A DNA stretch of 32,000 nt from Wallemia ichthyophaga EXF-994. Taxonomy: Eukaryota > Fungi > Basidiomycota. A program made the position numbers and the translations under genes. The notes beneath the pieces are model-generated. The model saw nothing but the letters and a program-made list of their open reading frames with translations. It ran no database searches and was not told the DNA's origin. Shown piece after piece: positions 19,963-32,000 of the stretch (its first letter is position 1; every line of letters starts with the position of its first letter). The stretch covers positions 692,728-724,727 of the forward strand of contig NW_008806275.1 in assembly GCF_000400465.1 (NCBI RefSeq). The letters run 5' to 3'.

Positions 19963-22900
19963 ATGGCTTAAATGGCTTGAATGGTTCCGAAGTGGACAAC
20001 AATCCAAACACAGCAGAATCTACAGATGCAAATAATTTAGACTTAAATAATGCAGATGCTAGCTCACCATCTCCACCACCACCCACAACCACTACCCACA
20101 AATCCCACCAATCAAATTTATCTATCACTAGCCTCGGTTCAAACCCTTCAACCATGCTTTTAAGCTCATCTCTCGATACCCTGGCTAACACGAAAGATGG
20201 AAAGAAGTCTCCACTACGTGAATCGATAGCTAAAGCCAAAGAAAGTTTAAACAGTGCAAATCCCAATTTGATAGAAATATTTGAACCACTTAGTCAAGGT
20301 TGCTACTCCAAATCAACTTTAGCGACTTCAATTGACGCAATTTCAAAGTTGGTCGGTAGCAGCTTATTTAGAAATGTTAGTAGCTTAGCAGATAAGATTA
20401 CAATGACTGTCTGTGATTGTTACTCGAACAACAACTCCCTCGATGATCACATTATCCTTCAAATTGTCAAGGCTCTTCTAGCAATTGTACTTTACAACAA
20501 CCCAACTGGTCTCATTCACCACTCCACTCTTCTCACTGCTATTAGAACTGTGCACGATATCTTCAAATTTAGTAAGGATCAGGGCAATCAGATGATTGCG
20601 CAGGCTGGTTTGACTCAGATGGTTAACGCTGTATTTTCACGTCTCAAAAACGCATTCCCTGCTGAATCTCCTCAATTCCATAAAACCTCAATTAGTTCAA
20701 ATCCAATTTCTACTAGCTTTTCACAAGAAGACCACTCCAAGCCTATCGATCAAAATTCTACAGAGGAAAACCTCGAAAACATCGAAAACTTCGAGCAACT
20801 TGAAAACTCGAATGACGACGAAAAACCTCAACTTCCTTCGGCAACTGAACAAATGACCCTCAGTACCTTTGAAGGAAGGAGATCCTTCGACGCAACCCCA
20901 GCCAATCAAATATCTGACCCTCTCAACCCTCCAGATGAGGATGTTTCAGACGAAGAGCTCCTCACAAAGGATGCTTTCTTAGTCTTCAGAGCTCTATGCA
21001 AGCTCAACATGAAATCTCTTCACAAGGATAGTGAAAAGGAGATTCGCTCACCGGATTTCAGATCCAGATTGCTCAGTTTACATCTCATCAAAACCATTCT
21101 CAACACCCATATTAATGTCCTCCTTGACAACAGGATTGTTTTACACAGTTCAAACTCAGATGAGCCTACTCAACTCTTCAACGCTGTCAAACAATACCTT
21201 TGTTTGAGTTTGTCGAGAAACGCTCCAAGCTCCATACCACAGCTTTTCGAGTTGTGTTGTCAGATCTTTTCTAGAATTCTAGAAAGCATGCGCATGAACA
21301 TGAAGCGTGAGATCGAGGTGATACTTCGCGAGATTTTCCTCCCAATCTTGGAACTCAAAGAGAGCTCATCCAATAAGCAAAAAACTATCCTCTGCTCAAC
21401 AATTCTCAAGAATCTTTGTCAAAACCCACAAGCCATTGTTGAGCTTTACTTGAATTACGATTGTGACAAACATAGTCTGGAAAATATCTACGAGCACTTG
21501 ATGAATGCTCTCTCCAAAGTCGCATCGGCACACCTTCCACCAGGTCCAAAGGAGGCTGTTGGTACGAGCACATCTGAGGCTCTATCTAGCTTTTTTAAAC
21601 CATCAAAAAGTGAACTCCCTCCAAGCTTAAACACTGATGCTCTCACACCCCCGCCCGACGCCAGTCCTATCACTGCTACTTTCTCAAATCAAGCCGCAGT
21701 ACAAGCACACATTTTAGATGTTGCCGTTAAGAGACAAGCGTTGGATTTGATTAGAGGTGTACTTAGCAGCCTCGTATCATGGGCTGAACGTGGTGCTCTA
21801 CCTGTTGCTGCCGTCTCCGAAGAGGCTCCACAGTCACAGGAAGGTGAGTTTTATTTACTTGAATCATTCAACTCGGTTTACACCCTAAGTAGCATCTCCA
21901 CCCGTGGGCGTTGCAGAGTTTTCCAATGCAATTCCAACACCGGACATCGCAAACACGTTTGATTTTACCAATGCAGACGATCCAACACAATTCGAGAGCG
22001 CAAAGGCACGCAAAAACGCTCTGGTCGAGGGTATAAAGGGTTTCAACTTTAAGCCTAAAAAAGGTGTATCATTTCTCCTCGAACACGGCTTTATCAACTC
22101 CAACAAACCGCAAGATATCGCTTACTTCCTCTTAACAACTGAAGGTCTCAACAAGGCTCAGATTGGTGAGTATCTTGGTGAGGGTGAAGAGGAGAATATT
22201 GCCATCATGCATGCATTCGTCGATGCAATGAACTTTAACGAGATGTCCTTTGTTACAGCTTTAAGAGCATTCCTGCAAGCATTCAGACTACCAGGAGAGA
22301 GTCAAAAAATTGACAGATATATGCTCAAATTTGCGGAAAGATACGTCCAGCACAACCCATCAACAGTCTTTGCCAATGCCGACACAGCCTATGTGATGGC
22401 ATATTCTGTCATTCTTCTCAATACTGATGCTTATAATCCACAAAATAAGCGTAGAATGACCAAAGAAGAGTTTATCAAGAACAACAGGGGTATCAACGAC
22501 GGCAGCGACCTTCCTGAAGACTATCTGATTCAAGTATACGATGATATACACTCGGACGAGATTAGAATGAAGGATGAAATGCATCTCCACAACGCCCCTC
22601 CACCACCCAACAGCAACATAGTCAATGTCCTAAGCGGTGCCGACAAGAGCTATCAAAGGGAGCAAAATTCAATGCGCTCCGAGGGTATGGCTAATAAGAC
22701 TGAAGCACTTTTTAAATCCATGTTAAGAGCCCAACGTCGCAGTGGTATCAAGAATAGCGAGACTTACTTTAGTGCATCGCACTATGAGCACGTCAAACCA
22801 ATGTTTGAAGTAGCTTGGATGGCTATTCTTTCAGCAATGTCTGGTCCCCTTCAAGATAGCGATGATAACGAGACTGTTGTGATTTGTTTGCAAGGTTTCG

Positions 22901-25500
22901 CGAGTGCAATTAAGATTTCTTGTCTCTTTGATTTGGAGTTGGAGCGCAACGCGTTCGTTACTATGTTGGCAAAATTCACTCACCTCAACAATCTTGCTGA
23001 AATGAAACCAAAACATGTAGACGCTGTGAAGGTGTTGCTTGAGGTGGCGATGCATGAAGGCAACTATTTGAAGGGCAGTTGGAAGGAAATTTTAGGTTGC
23101 GTTAGTCAGCTTGAGCGTTTCCATCTGATTAGCAATGGTGTTGATCTAAGTGCCGAAAATAATGACGTTGGTGGACGACCAAGATCTGGCAGCACTACGC
23201 GCAAGTCTTCAAACATCCCACGTCATCTAGTCCCCGCCGAATCTGTCGCTGCAGACGGTAGAGCTTTGCAGGTTACCGGTCGCGGTGATATGGTGTTTGC
23301 AGCAACTCAAATGCTTTCGGGTGATGCCATGGTCGACTTTTCACAAGCTCTGGCGGAGGTATCGTGGGCGGAGATTCAGCAATCTGGCAGTCAACAGCAT
23401 CCACGTCTCTTCAGTTTGCAAAAACTGGTTGATATTTGCTACTACAATATGAATCGTATACGTTTGGAGTGGAGCAAGATTTGGTTAATCTTGGGAGACC
23501 ACATGAATAAGGTAGGATTTCAGTGCAAATTGCGTACCTTCTAACAAATGTAACAGGTCTGTTGCCATCCCAATCCATCCGTTAGCTTCTTCGCTATCGA
23601 TGCATTGAGACAGCTTGCGATGCGCTTTCTTGAGAAGGAGGAGCTTGCCCACTTCAAGTTCCAGAAAGACTTTTTGAAGCCATTCGAACATACCATGATC
23701 CACAATCCGAACGTAGATGCAAAAGATATTGTGGGTTGAAACGGCATACTTGGACTATTATCAAGCTGACCCAATTCAGGTCCTACGTTGTCTTCAACAA
23801 ATGCTCCAGGCACGCTCAGTCAATATACGCTCCGGTTGGAGGACACTATTTGCCGTATTTGCAGCAGCTGCCAAATCCTCAAGCGAGAGAATATGCTTAC
23901 ACGCATTCGATATCGTTTCCAGTATAGAGAAGGAGCATCTCGGCTACTTGATCAAGTTTGGATCATTCAGTGACCTCTCAGTGTGTATTACGGATTTCTG
24001 CAAAGTTCCATTCCAGCGGGTCAGTCTGCAAGCCATGCAGCTGCTTCGCTCAACCATCAACTCAATGCTGACAGCGCCAGAGTGTCCCCTTAGCAGAGGC
24101 GACGTTGGATTCTCTCAATCAGGCGACCAGCACCAACCACCCGCAGACGACCCAATGGTGATATTTTGGTACCCTATGCTCTTCAGTTTCTACGATATCG
24201 TCATGAACGGTGAGGATCTTGAGGTGAGAAACATTGCACTTGACTCGCTCTTTTCTACATTGAAGATTCACGGTTCTTCATTCCGCGTCGACTTCTGGGA
24301 TACAGTCTGTCAGAAGATTTTATTTCCTATTTTCTCAGTCTTGAAATCGCCCGTTGATTTGAGTAGATTTAACACACACGAAGATATGACAGTTTGGTTG
24401 TCGACAACCATGGTACAAGCCTTGCGTGATATGATCGATCTTTACACTCATTACTTTTATATATTGGAGAGCAAGATGGAAGGTTTATTGGAGCTTCTGA
24501 GAGCATGCATTTGCCAAGGTGGGTGTGGTGTTTCGAGATGGGTAGTTCCTGCTGATATATTGCACCATTAGAAAACGACACGCTTGCTCGTATTGGTTCA
24601 TCTTGTTTACAGGCATTGATTGAAAGCAATGCTGACAAAATGAGCGAAGAGCGCTGGGAGACGCTTACTACAATGTTTACCACACTTTTCCAAAACACAC
24701 TCGCTAGCGAGCTGTTCAATGAGTCATTGAGACAAGGTTTGGATATAGCTGACCAGCCACCAGCTGAGCCAAGTACGTGAGACTGCTTTTGAGAAGGTTA
24801 TAACTGACGCATATTAGATCAAAGTGGATTCACTCTACCACTCCCACTAGCATCACCTTCAATTGAAGAAGGAACGGTATTGAAATCTACAGAAAGACGC
24901 ACACTCTTTAAGCAAATTATCACAAAATGCGTACTGCAATTGCTACTCATTGACACAATCAGAGAATTGCTTTTCAACGACAAGGTTTACATATCTATAC
25001 CACCAGCCCAACTGCTCCGATTTGTTCAACTTCTCGATGAAAGCTATAGATTTGCGAATGCTTTCAACAATAATCAGGATCTCAGAATGGGGTTATGGAA
25101 GGTAGGTTTTATGAAGCAGCTTCCAAATCTCCTTAAGCAGGAGAGCAGTAGCGCATCTACACTCATTACACTGCTCATCAAAATGTACAAAGATACCCGT
25201 CAACAACACGTTGACCGTAGACAAGACATATCAGAGGCTTTGATTCCATTCGGGTTGAGTGTTATTGATGGCTTCAATGAACTCGACTTTGAAACTAAGC
25301 AAAGAAACATCGCGGCGTGGACACCAGTGGTTGCCGAAATCATTTCTGGTGTTTGCTACTTTGAAGATGAAGACTTTGACAAATATCTGTCAAAGGTGTA
25401 CGCACCAATCACTGATATTTTGACAAAAGACATGGGCGCAGAAGTGAGGGAAAGTTTGCGCAAGTTCTTTACCAGAGTTGGTAGAGCAAAGGTCGTTTGA
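19959..25500 (+). CDS. SEC7: Large Arf guanine-nucleotide exchange factor Sec7/BIG, about 1766 aa
   Basis: DCB and HUS regions (IVELYLNYDC), a Sec7 domain with FRLPGESQKIDR (catalytic Glu finger) and ADTAYVMAYSVILLNTD, and HDS regions. Introns are at 21844-21892, 23512-23556, 23731-23779, 24519-24571 and 24773-24817. The start could alternatively be Met at 20154. Confidence 0.95.
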
Positions 25501-25644
25501 AGAGCTGTTTTGTATTTAGTGATTTATCTTTATTCCTATTATGTTTCCAATTTGCAGGTAATAATAGTGAAACAACATTCATCTATTAGGTATGCAAAGT
25601 GATATAGATAGTACAAATGACCGTGAAGAAAATGAAAGACATAT

Positions 25645-27168
25645 CTAGGTTTGCGTATCCACACATTCCTCTCTGAGGCTGTAAAACTCCTCTCTAAAAG
25701 CATCTATCTTGGCTTTTGCGTAGAGAAGGTACTCAAAGTCATCCCCTCCGCTCTCCTCCGGTGTCTCTTCGTCACTTGAACTCTCGTCATCGAGTACGAC
25801 AGCTGAAGTCTTTTCTTCGAGATTCACCGCCATATCAGCGCCGGCGGAGGTATTTAAACTAGGCACAGTTGTTCCAAACTTACTGCCCATCGCTTTCACC
25901 TGATCTCTGGACTGCACTATTGCCCAGATACCCCACATAGCTAAACTGGCAGGAGACCACGTCTTGCGCTCATCCTCTAGTCTCTCTATCCAACCGGGTT
26001 GCTTTTCAGATTCGCTCATGTACGCCTCGTAAAACGCTCGTCTGTCTTGATAAGATGGGTAGCTGAGGATAGGCTTCCATGAGAGCGTATCGTGGTGGTA
26101 GTCGTACCTATTGAGCGAGTTAGTTAGTTGTATAGTTTGGTAATCCTAAGCCCACCTCCACTCTGTAAAATGATTCGCTAAATCATATCCGCGGGCATTT
26201 GGGGCTGCATATTCAAAGTCTATAACACATATCTTATGATGACTTGGTTTGTCTACTGGCTTGCGATCTAAGAGGAGGATGTTACCAGGCTGAGTGTCAT
26301 TGTGACAAAACACCAAGGGTGATGGTTTCACTTCCTCCTCAAACTCCCTCAAGTAATCTTCGTAGGCATTGAATTCCTGGATTAGAAGTGGTAGATTGAT
26401 ATCTTCTACCAAGTTGTAGTAGGGGTGGTTTTGTGGGAACTTTACTCGGGACATTCTCTTTAAAACGACAGAAGCTGGCGTGAGCCATGATGAGATGTTA
26501 TCCCACACGCCATATCTTGTTGAGCGTTCGTTGTATCCGGGGGCGACTGGGCCAACTACATCCATCTTCCTGAGATCAACCTGATGAAGCTCTTTCATGC
26601 GCTTAGCAATGTCTATTTTCAGGTCAGAGCGTATATCATCCTTTGAGCAGGGACGACTGCTGAACCACTCTTCAACCCTGCCATTGGCAAAGGTACCGTA
26701 GATCTTTGGACCAAGGTTGTAGTGCCTGGAGAGAGTATTGAGGATGTGCATTTCTCGAGGGCGCGAAATGAGCAAAGTGGAAGAGGGGCCGTACACACGC
26801 AAGAGAACGGTCGGAGCATCATCGTAGCTGACAAAGAAGATGGAGTTTGTGAGTGCGCCTGTTATGCGCTGGATCTGAATATCGGATGGATCGATATCTT
26901 TATCGTGCCATCCCTCAACGGAGAGGTCGTCGCAGAGGAGTTGCTGTACTTTCCTCAAGAAAGAAAGCTTGTTATATTTTTTAGCGTTTAAATATACCTT
27001 TGGCGAGTGCCTGAGCTCGTGTAACTCAGAGAGTGCTGACTCCACCAGACCGCTGTCCTCTTCCTCGTAGACGGATTGCAGCGAGGATGAGAACAAGTTC
27101 AACGCCTGGCTGTAATTTGTGGATGGAATTTTAGCGGAACAGTCTGCGCTATTGTAAACCAAGAACAT
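25645..27168 (-). CDS. Choline/ethanolamine kinase, 491 aa
   Basis: ITGALTNSIF, VLLRVYG, GTFANGRVEEW, Brenner motif VFCHNDTQPGNIL and IDFEYAAPNARGYDLANHFTEW. The intron is at 26108-26155. Confidence 0.92.
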
Positions 27169-27378
27169 CGACGTGCCAGCTCTCTTCAGCGTTGAGGAAA
27201 AGATGCGATATTTGACTGATAAGAGTGGAGTGGTGGATGTAATGCAGCAATTCAGCGCTATAATACGCAGGTTTTTACAAACTATAGCTTAAATTTAAAT
27301 CTTGCGTAGAAATGATATTCATAACCTAATCAGAAGTATTGGCACTAATTGAGATTCGACTTCTAAGCACTCAATCAA

Positions 27379-29013
27379 ATGAGAATACGCGTAATCTTGT
27401 CTTTGATATCAATACTTTCACTGTTCAAATCGAACAACTCACTGGACGCACCCGACTTTTCGCTCGGGAATTCACCTGCAGAATGTTTGATATCATCCAA
27501 TACGACTGTTCTTACACCTGGACATGAGCTCTATGACACCGCAAGACAGACGTGGAACTCTCGAACTGTCTTCTCCCCTCAGTTCATTGTCCGACCAAGT
27601 AAGATTGAAGAAGTCCAACACAGCGTAATCTGTGGTACGCACTACGGCCTGCCTGTCACTACTAAATCTGGCGGGCATGGCTATTCAGGTGAGTGCCACT
27701 TAATTGGTCTAACGCCATTTACATTTAAAAAGGATACGCAATTGGCGATATAACCATAGACATGGCCAATATGAAATCTATTAGCATTGAAGACAACGGT
27801 TTGGTTCATGCTGAGACGGGTAACCATCTTTTTGATCTCTATCAAACGATCTATGAACAAAGACACCTATCTCTACCCGGTGGAATATGTCCGCAAGTAG
27901 GTGTGGGAGGTCACACTGCTTTCGGGGGCCATGGTCCATTGTCAAGAAAGCTGGGTTTGCTGGTCGATCGCGTAGTCGAAGCTGAGGTGGTATTCGCAAA
28001 TGGCACGGTGTCAAATGTCACTGAGGGGGAGGATATGTTTTTCGCAGTCACAGGCGCAGCTCCCTCGTTTGCTAGTGTGACTCGGTTCACCTACGATGCG
28101 GTAGAAGCGCCAACTAATACCGTTATATTCAGCTACAGCTTGAATAATCGCACAGCTGAAGAATCTGCTAATGCGTGAGTAATCGGTGCTTTTCTGGGCT
28201 TAATACTAATCTAAGAACAGCTTTAATTCATTTCAGACATTCATGAACCATTCGGAACTGACCAACGACTTCAACGCGCAGCTCACTCTTGGTCCTGGGT
28301 CTTTCGAGCTTTCAGGAACATTTTTTGGGGATGAAGAGATCTACCAAAACATTTCCAAACCCCTGCTTGACAGTTTGAAGCTTGAAGATGGCGATATAGA
28401 AGAAGTATTTTCCGTTACTGAGTTCATCGACATGTATAAACAAATATACGGTGACTTTTCACCCGTCGCCGAGCCGAAATCATTCTACAGCAAGTCTTTA
28501 ATGGAAGACCAGCCGCTTGCGTTGAACGATTTACAGTCATTCTTTGAATATCTTTTTAACAATGCTACAAAGGCAAATCAGGAAGGTGTGTGTGGGGTAT
28601 ATGGCGTGTATACAAGCAAACTAATGGAACTAAGGGATCGGGTGGTACATTATCGTTGAAGCTTACAATGGCGCCGTTCATGACATTTCCGCGAATACAA
28701 GAAGCTTTGCTCATCGTGATACCCTTCTCACCTTCCAATTCTTCGCTGAGATCGCCAACGATGAGGACGAGTTGTTTGAGCTCGTCGATGGTATGCTAGA
28801 CAGCATCACTTTGACTCCCAAAGCCGCGTATCCTAACTATGTCGATCCAAGGCTAGATAATTGGCAATATCTCTACTACGGGGATAACTATGCTCGATTG
28901 AGGAGAATCAAAGGTGAAATTGATCCAAAAAATACCTTCAGGTTCCCACAATCAGGTTTGTGAGGTTTTTAATACATAAAATATACTAATTGGTCGCAGT
29001 GGAATTGTCATAA
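27379..29013 (+). CDS. Secreted FAD-linked oxidase, berberine-bridge/AA7 (oligosaccharide oxidase-like), 483 aa
   Basis: Hydrophobic signal peptide, KSGGHGY (8-alpha His), GICPQVGVGGH (6-S Cys), and the BBE C-terminus YPNYVD...YYGDNYARLRRIK...DPKNTFRFPQS. Introns are at 27689-27732, 28175-28220, 28586-28634 and 28956-28999. Confidence 0.88.
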
Positions 29014-29312
29014 AGACGAATACTCGATTTTGTTTTTGGACAATATACCCGATGATCCACGAACAAGTTGTCAAGATTCTTGCCTTTAGTTCTTTATCTA
29101 AACTATTCCATCCATCTCTCAAAAGTCAGCCTGCTTGAAAACTTTACATCGTCAACACAATCAGTCAAAATCTAGTTGAATCTTCCGAATCAATCAATTT
29201 GTCGCTCTGGAATTTGCATTTCATTGTCTTATGTATTGTGCTTGCTGCGCGTTGTGTGAGTGGTTTGAACCTCCCATCTCAATTTCTTAGATTAAATAAT
29301 GAAAATCGTTAA

Positions 29313-31550
29313 TTAGTTATTTACACACTTTGAATTTGCTTCAACATCAACCAACGCGGTTTCTTTCGTACTCTTGAGCGCTTTCTTCTTGCTATTACGA
29401 AGCTGAACAGATTTATGGACATTAAATCCATCCGTCAGTAGACTTTGCACCTCTTCCAAGTGTAGTCCTGCTGTCTCTGGGTAGCAAAATGTCAAATACG
29501 CCCACCCACAGCAGACAAATCCCGCGAACAAACCGAATGTTCCCGACGGTGTAAGACCCTTTTGCATGGAAAGATAAGACTCTGAAATGATCAAGTTGCA
29601 TGCCTGTTAGGTTGAGTTGCGGCTGCTGTGTACATATGGAAAACTTACCCAGAGTGTGGCGGTGCCAATACCAGTTCCGAGACCTCTAGTTTCTAGAGGA
29701 AATAGTTCGCTCATTGTCCATGGTATGTGGCCCAGACTGGTGATGTGAGCTTGTTGCTTGTATCTAAAAAGGACCTACCCGATACCATAAGCCCCGACGT
29801 AGGCAACAAAACCAATGATTACAGCAACCTGTATTCCAGAATCGTACGGGATGACTGGATCTTCAACCAAATGGAATCCGGAGTCTTTGGTGAGGTAGTA
29901 AAGTGAAACAATCGCCCACACACAGCCTAGGATCACGCCTGGCGCGCTCAGGTAAACCAACTTAATCAGTGGTTAGAGTATAAATTGTACTAGGATTCGA
30001 AACTTACTAAGGGGCGACGGCCTGTCCTATTGACAACAAACATGCCTACAGCAGTGAAGGCGAAGTTAGCAGCGGCAATAACAAGTCCACCTAAGGGCGC
30101 GTTCTCAAATCCAAGCATCTGGAAAAGAGTAGGGCTATGAATGTGAGACATTGTTCAGGCAGAAGATTGCCGGTGAAAAATTTCAAAGAACTCTTTCACC
30201 GGTAGCTTTTCACTAGAAATGATCACTTACGCGAAATACATCAAGCCGTTGAAACCTGATAATCTAAGCTGAGTCAACTTATGCTATTAATTAAGCTAGA
30301 TCGCTCAACTGTTGTGTACTTGTTTTATAGTCAGAAAAAGCGAGAATGAAAAATTGCACTAACGCCTGTAAAGTCATGGCGAGAGATAGTGCCCTTAGAT
30401 TTTTTGGTACGATAAACAGCGACTTGAAGAGTTGCCATGTAGTGCTTTCTTTGCTGATCTGGACGCTCTCATCAACATTGGCGACAAGAATCTGCATGAT
30501 GTAGTAAGTACGTGCAACAGATATACAAGCTATTTACATCGAATTTGAGAGCTAGCTCCTCTTGTGTAGCTTGTTCATACACTTTAGCGAGGGCAGTATG
30601 CGCCTCTTCGTTGCGCTCCTTTGCGAGCAGGTAGCGAGGAGATTCCGGAAGAAAATGTACTGCGATAGCCTGGTATATCGCCGGAGCAGCACCTATCACC
30701 AGCATGATTCGCCAGTTTTCAGGGTTCTCGAAGTTGACGAGACCTGCACCAATGCCATACGCTATGCACTGACCCAAGGTAATGGTGACGGAGTTGATAG
30801 TGACGAGTGTGCCACGTAGTTGAGGTGGGGAAATCTCACTAATAAAAAGTGGCCCAATACAACTAGAAAATCCTACCCCGAATCCAAGAATGAGTCTGCC
30901 AATCGAAGCCTGGGTGACCGAGTACGACGCTCCGAAGATAATTGTGCCAATGCAGTAACATATGTCACTGATAACGAGGACCCATTTGCGACCAATCCTG
31001 TCACTCAGAGCTCCAGCGAAGAGGGAGGAGATGAAGGCTCCTGCTGTGGTCATCGCTGTGATTACCTCTGCGATATGCATTAGATGGAGCATACGGTGAA
31101 CGGTGAACACACCGAGCTCAAAATTCGCACCAACCTTTATGATTCGAAGAGAGGGGCACGTTGTTCAAACTCGTACCAATAGAGACTGTAATACTGCCAA
31201 TTATACCAGTTTCATAGCCTGCGTGGGGTTAGGGGGGTTGTCTCTAATGGAGAAGGCACGTACCGAACTGCAAGTCATTAAGATGAACCATCGGTAAATC
31301 TAATTACTTACCATAAATCCTGCGACTGCAGCTGTTATACAGACAAAGATAATGTAGAGGGTGATCTAAGCGTGTGAGCACAAACAGCCATGACGAACGC
31401 ACTCACTTTCTCCTCGCCCTCTGCCACGACCAACTTCTCGTCAATATCTACAAACTTTGCGCTGGTGTTGGGTTTCCTGCTTTGAACATCCTCAACATGC
31501 TCAATGGTGTTGTTAAATTGCTTTTTGTCATCATCTGTGAAATTTCGCAT
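29313..31550 (-). CDS. Sugar porter family MFS transporter, myo-inositol transporter-like
   Basis: FGYETG, SDRIGRK, FISEISPPQLRG, FLPESPRYL, DRTGRRPL, SELFPLETRGLG and YPETAGLHLEEV. The gene has many short introns, including a 4-nt exon at 31264-31267. The exact donor of the first intron is uncertain. Confidence 0.88.
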
Positions 31551-31587
31551 TATCGACACTGCGTCGATCCAATGAGGGATTAATGCG

Positions 31588-31596
31588 TTATATATA
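31588..31596 (-). promoter_or_regulatory. Candidate TATA box of the transporter gene
   Basis: TATATATAA on the minus strand, about 40 nt upstream of the ATG at 31550. Confidence 0.3.
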
Positions 31597-32000
31597 GCGG
31601 TGCTTGAATTAATTCAGATGATTGACACACGAGGACAATCAGGGTCACAATACTCAACGTCCGTTGCAACCGGCGAATTTCTTAATCAGTTGAAGCGAAG
31701 GGTGCTGCCTCAGAGTTAGGTTAGGAGTATAACCTTAATCGATGCTTAAGGCTTATATAATCTTATAGATTATATTCGATTTGCGTGCTGGCGCGATGAA
31801 AAATAAAACGCGGTCACGTGGGGTAGAGCACTAATATAGAGGTTGCAGAATTTGAATGTTGTAAGTGAGGCTTTAGCTGGAATAAAATATGTATGAAAAA
31901 AAATAACAAACGCTACCTTGAATTTAATCTTTCCCAATCCAAGTCCAGTTGATCTTAACATTAATCGACAAAAAGTCCGTACTAGTGATGCGCTACTACC

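Noticed and set aside
27169-27290. About 40 open codons upstream of the choline kinase ATG as a non-AUG N-terminal extension
   Set aside because: There is no ATG, and an open stretch of this length is unremarkable. It cannot be supported without ribosome profiling.
25645-31820. Choline kinase plus inositol transporter as an inositol/choline (UAS-INO) regulon
   Set aside because: I found no CATGTGAAAT-type element upstream of either gene. A single CACGTG near 31815 is not specific.

Overview
Gene-dense fungal nuclear DNA. The 44-65 nt GT-AG introns, microexons and intergenic gaps as short as 35-56 nt point to a compact basidiomycete genome; a Wallemia-like organism is my inference, not a database result. 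Gene order: XRN1 (5' part, -), two tandem AA9 LPMO paralogs (-), PBS2-type MAPKK (+), endonuclease V (+), PCK1 (-), a 912-aa low-complexity orphan (-), TMA20/MCTS1 (+), initiator tRNA-Met (+), a frameshifted SDR/epimerase pseudogene (+), CARNMT1-like methyltransferase (-), SYF2 (-), SEC7 (+), choline/ethanolamine kinase (-), a secreted BBE/AA7-type flavo-oxidase (+) and an inositol-type sugar porter (-). Gene models were spliced by hand; nine were also checked by length (divisible by 3) and give plausible protein sizes. The most notable observations are: (1) both LPMOs end in a conserved C-x6-C-x11-C-x6-C module plus a tail in which Kex2-type KR cleavage would expose a D-x-H (ATCUN) copper-binding peptide; (2) the SYF2 and SEC7 start codons sit in the two arms of a perfect 11-bp inverted repeat; (3) there are two CCG-N7-CCG elements upstream of PCK1; (4) several gene pairs have almost no room for a promoter. 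I saw no transposon, CRISPR array or rRNA.
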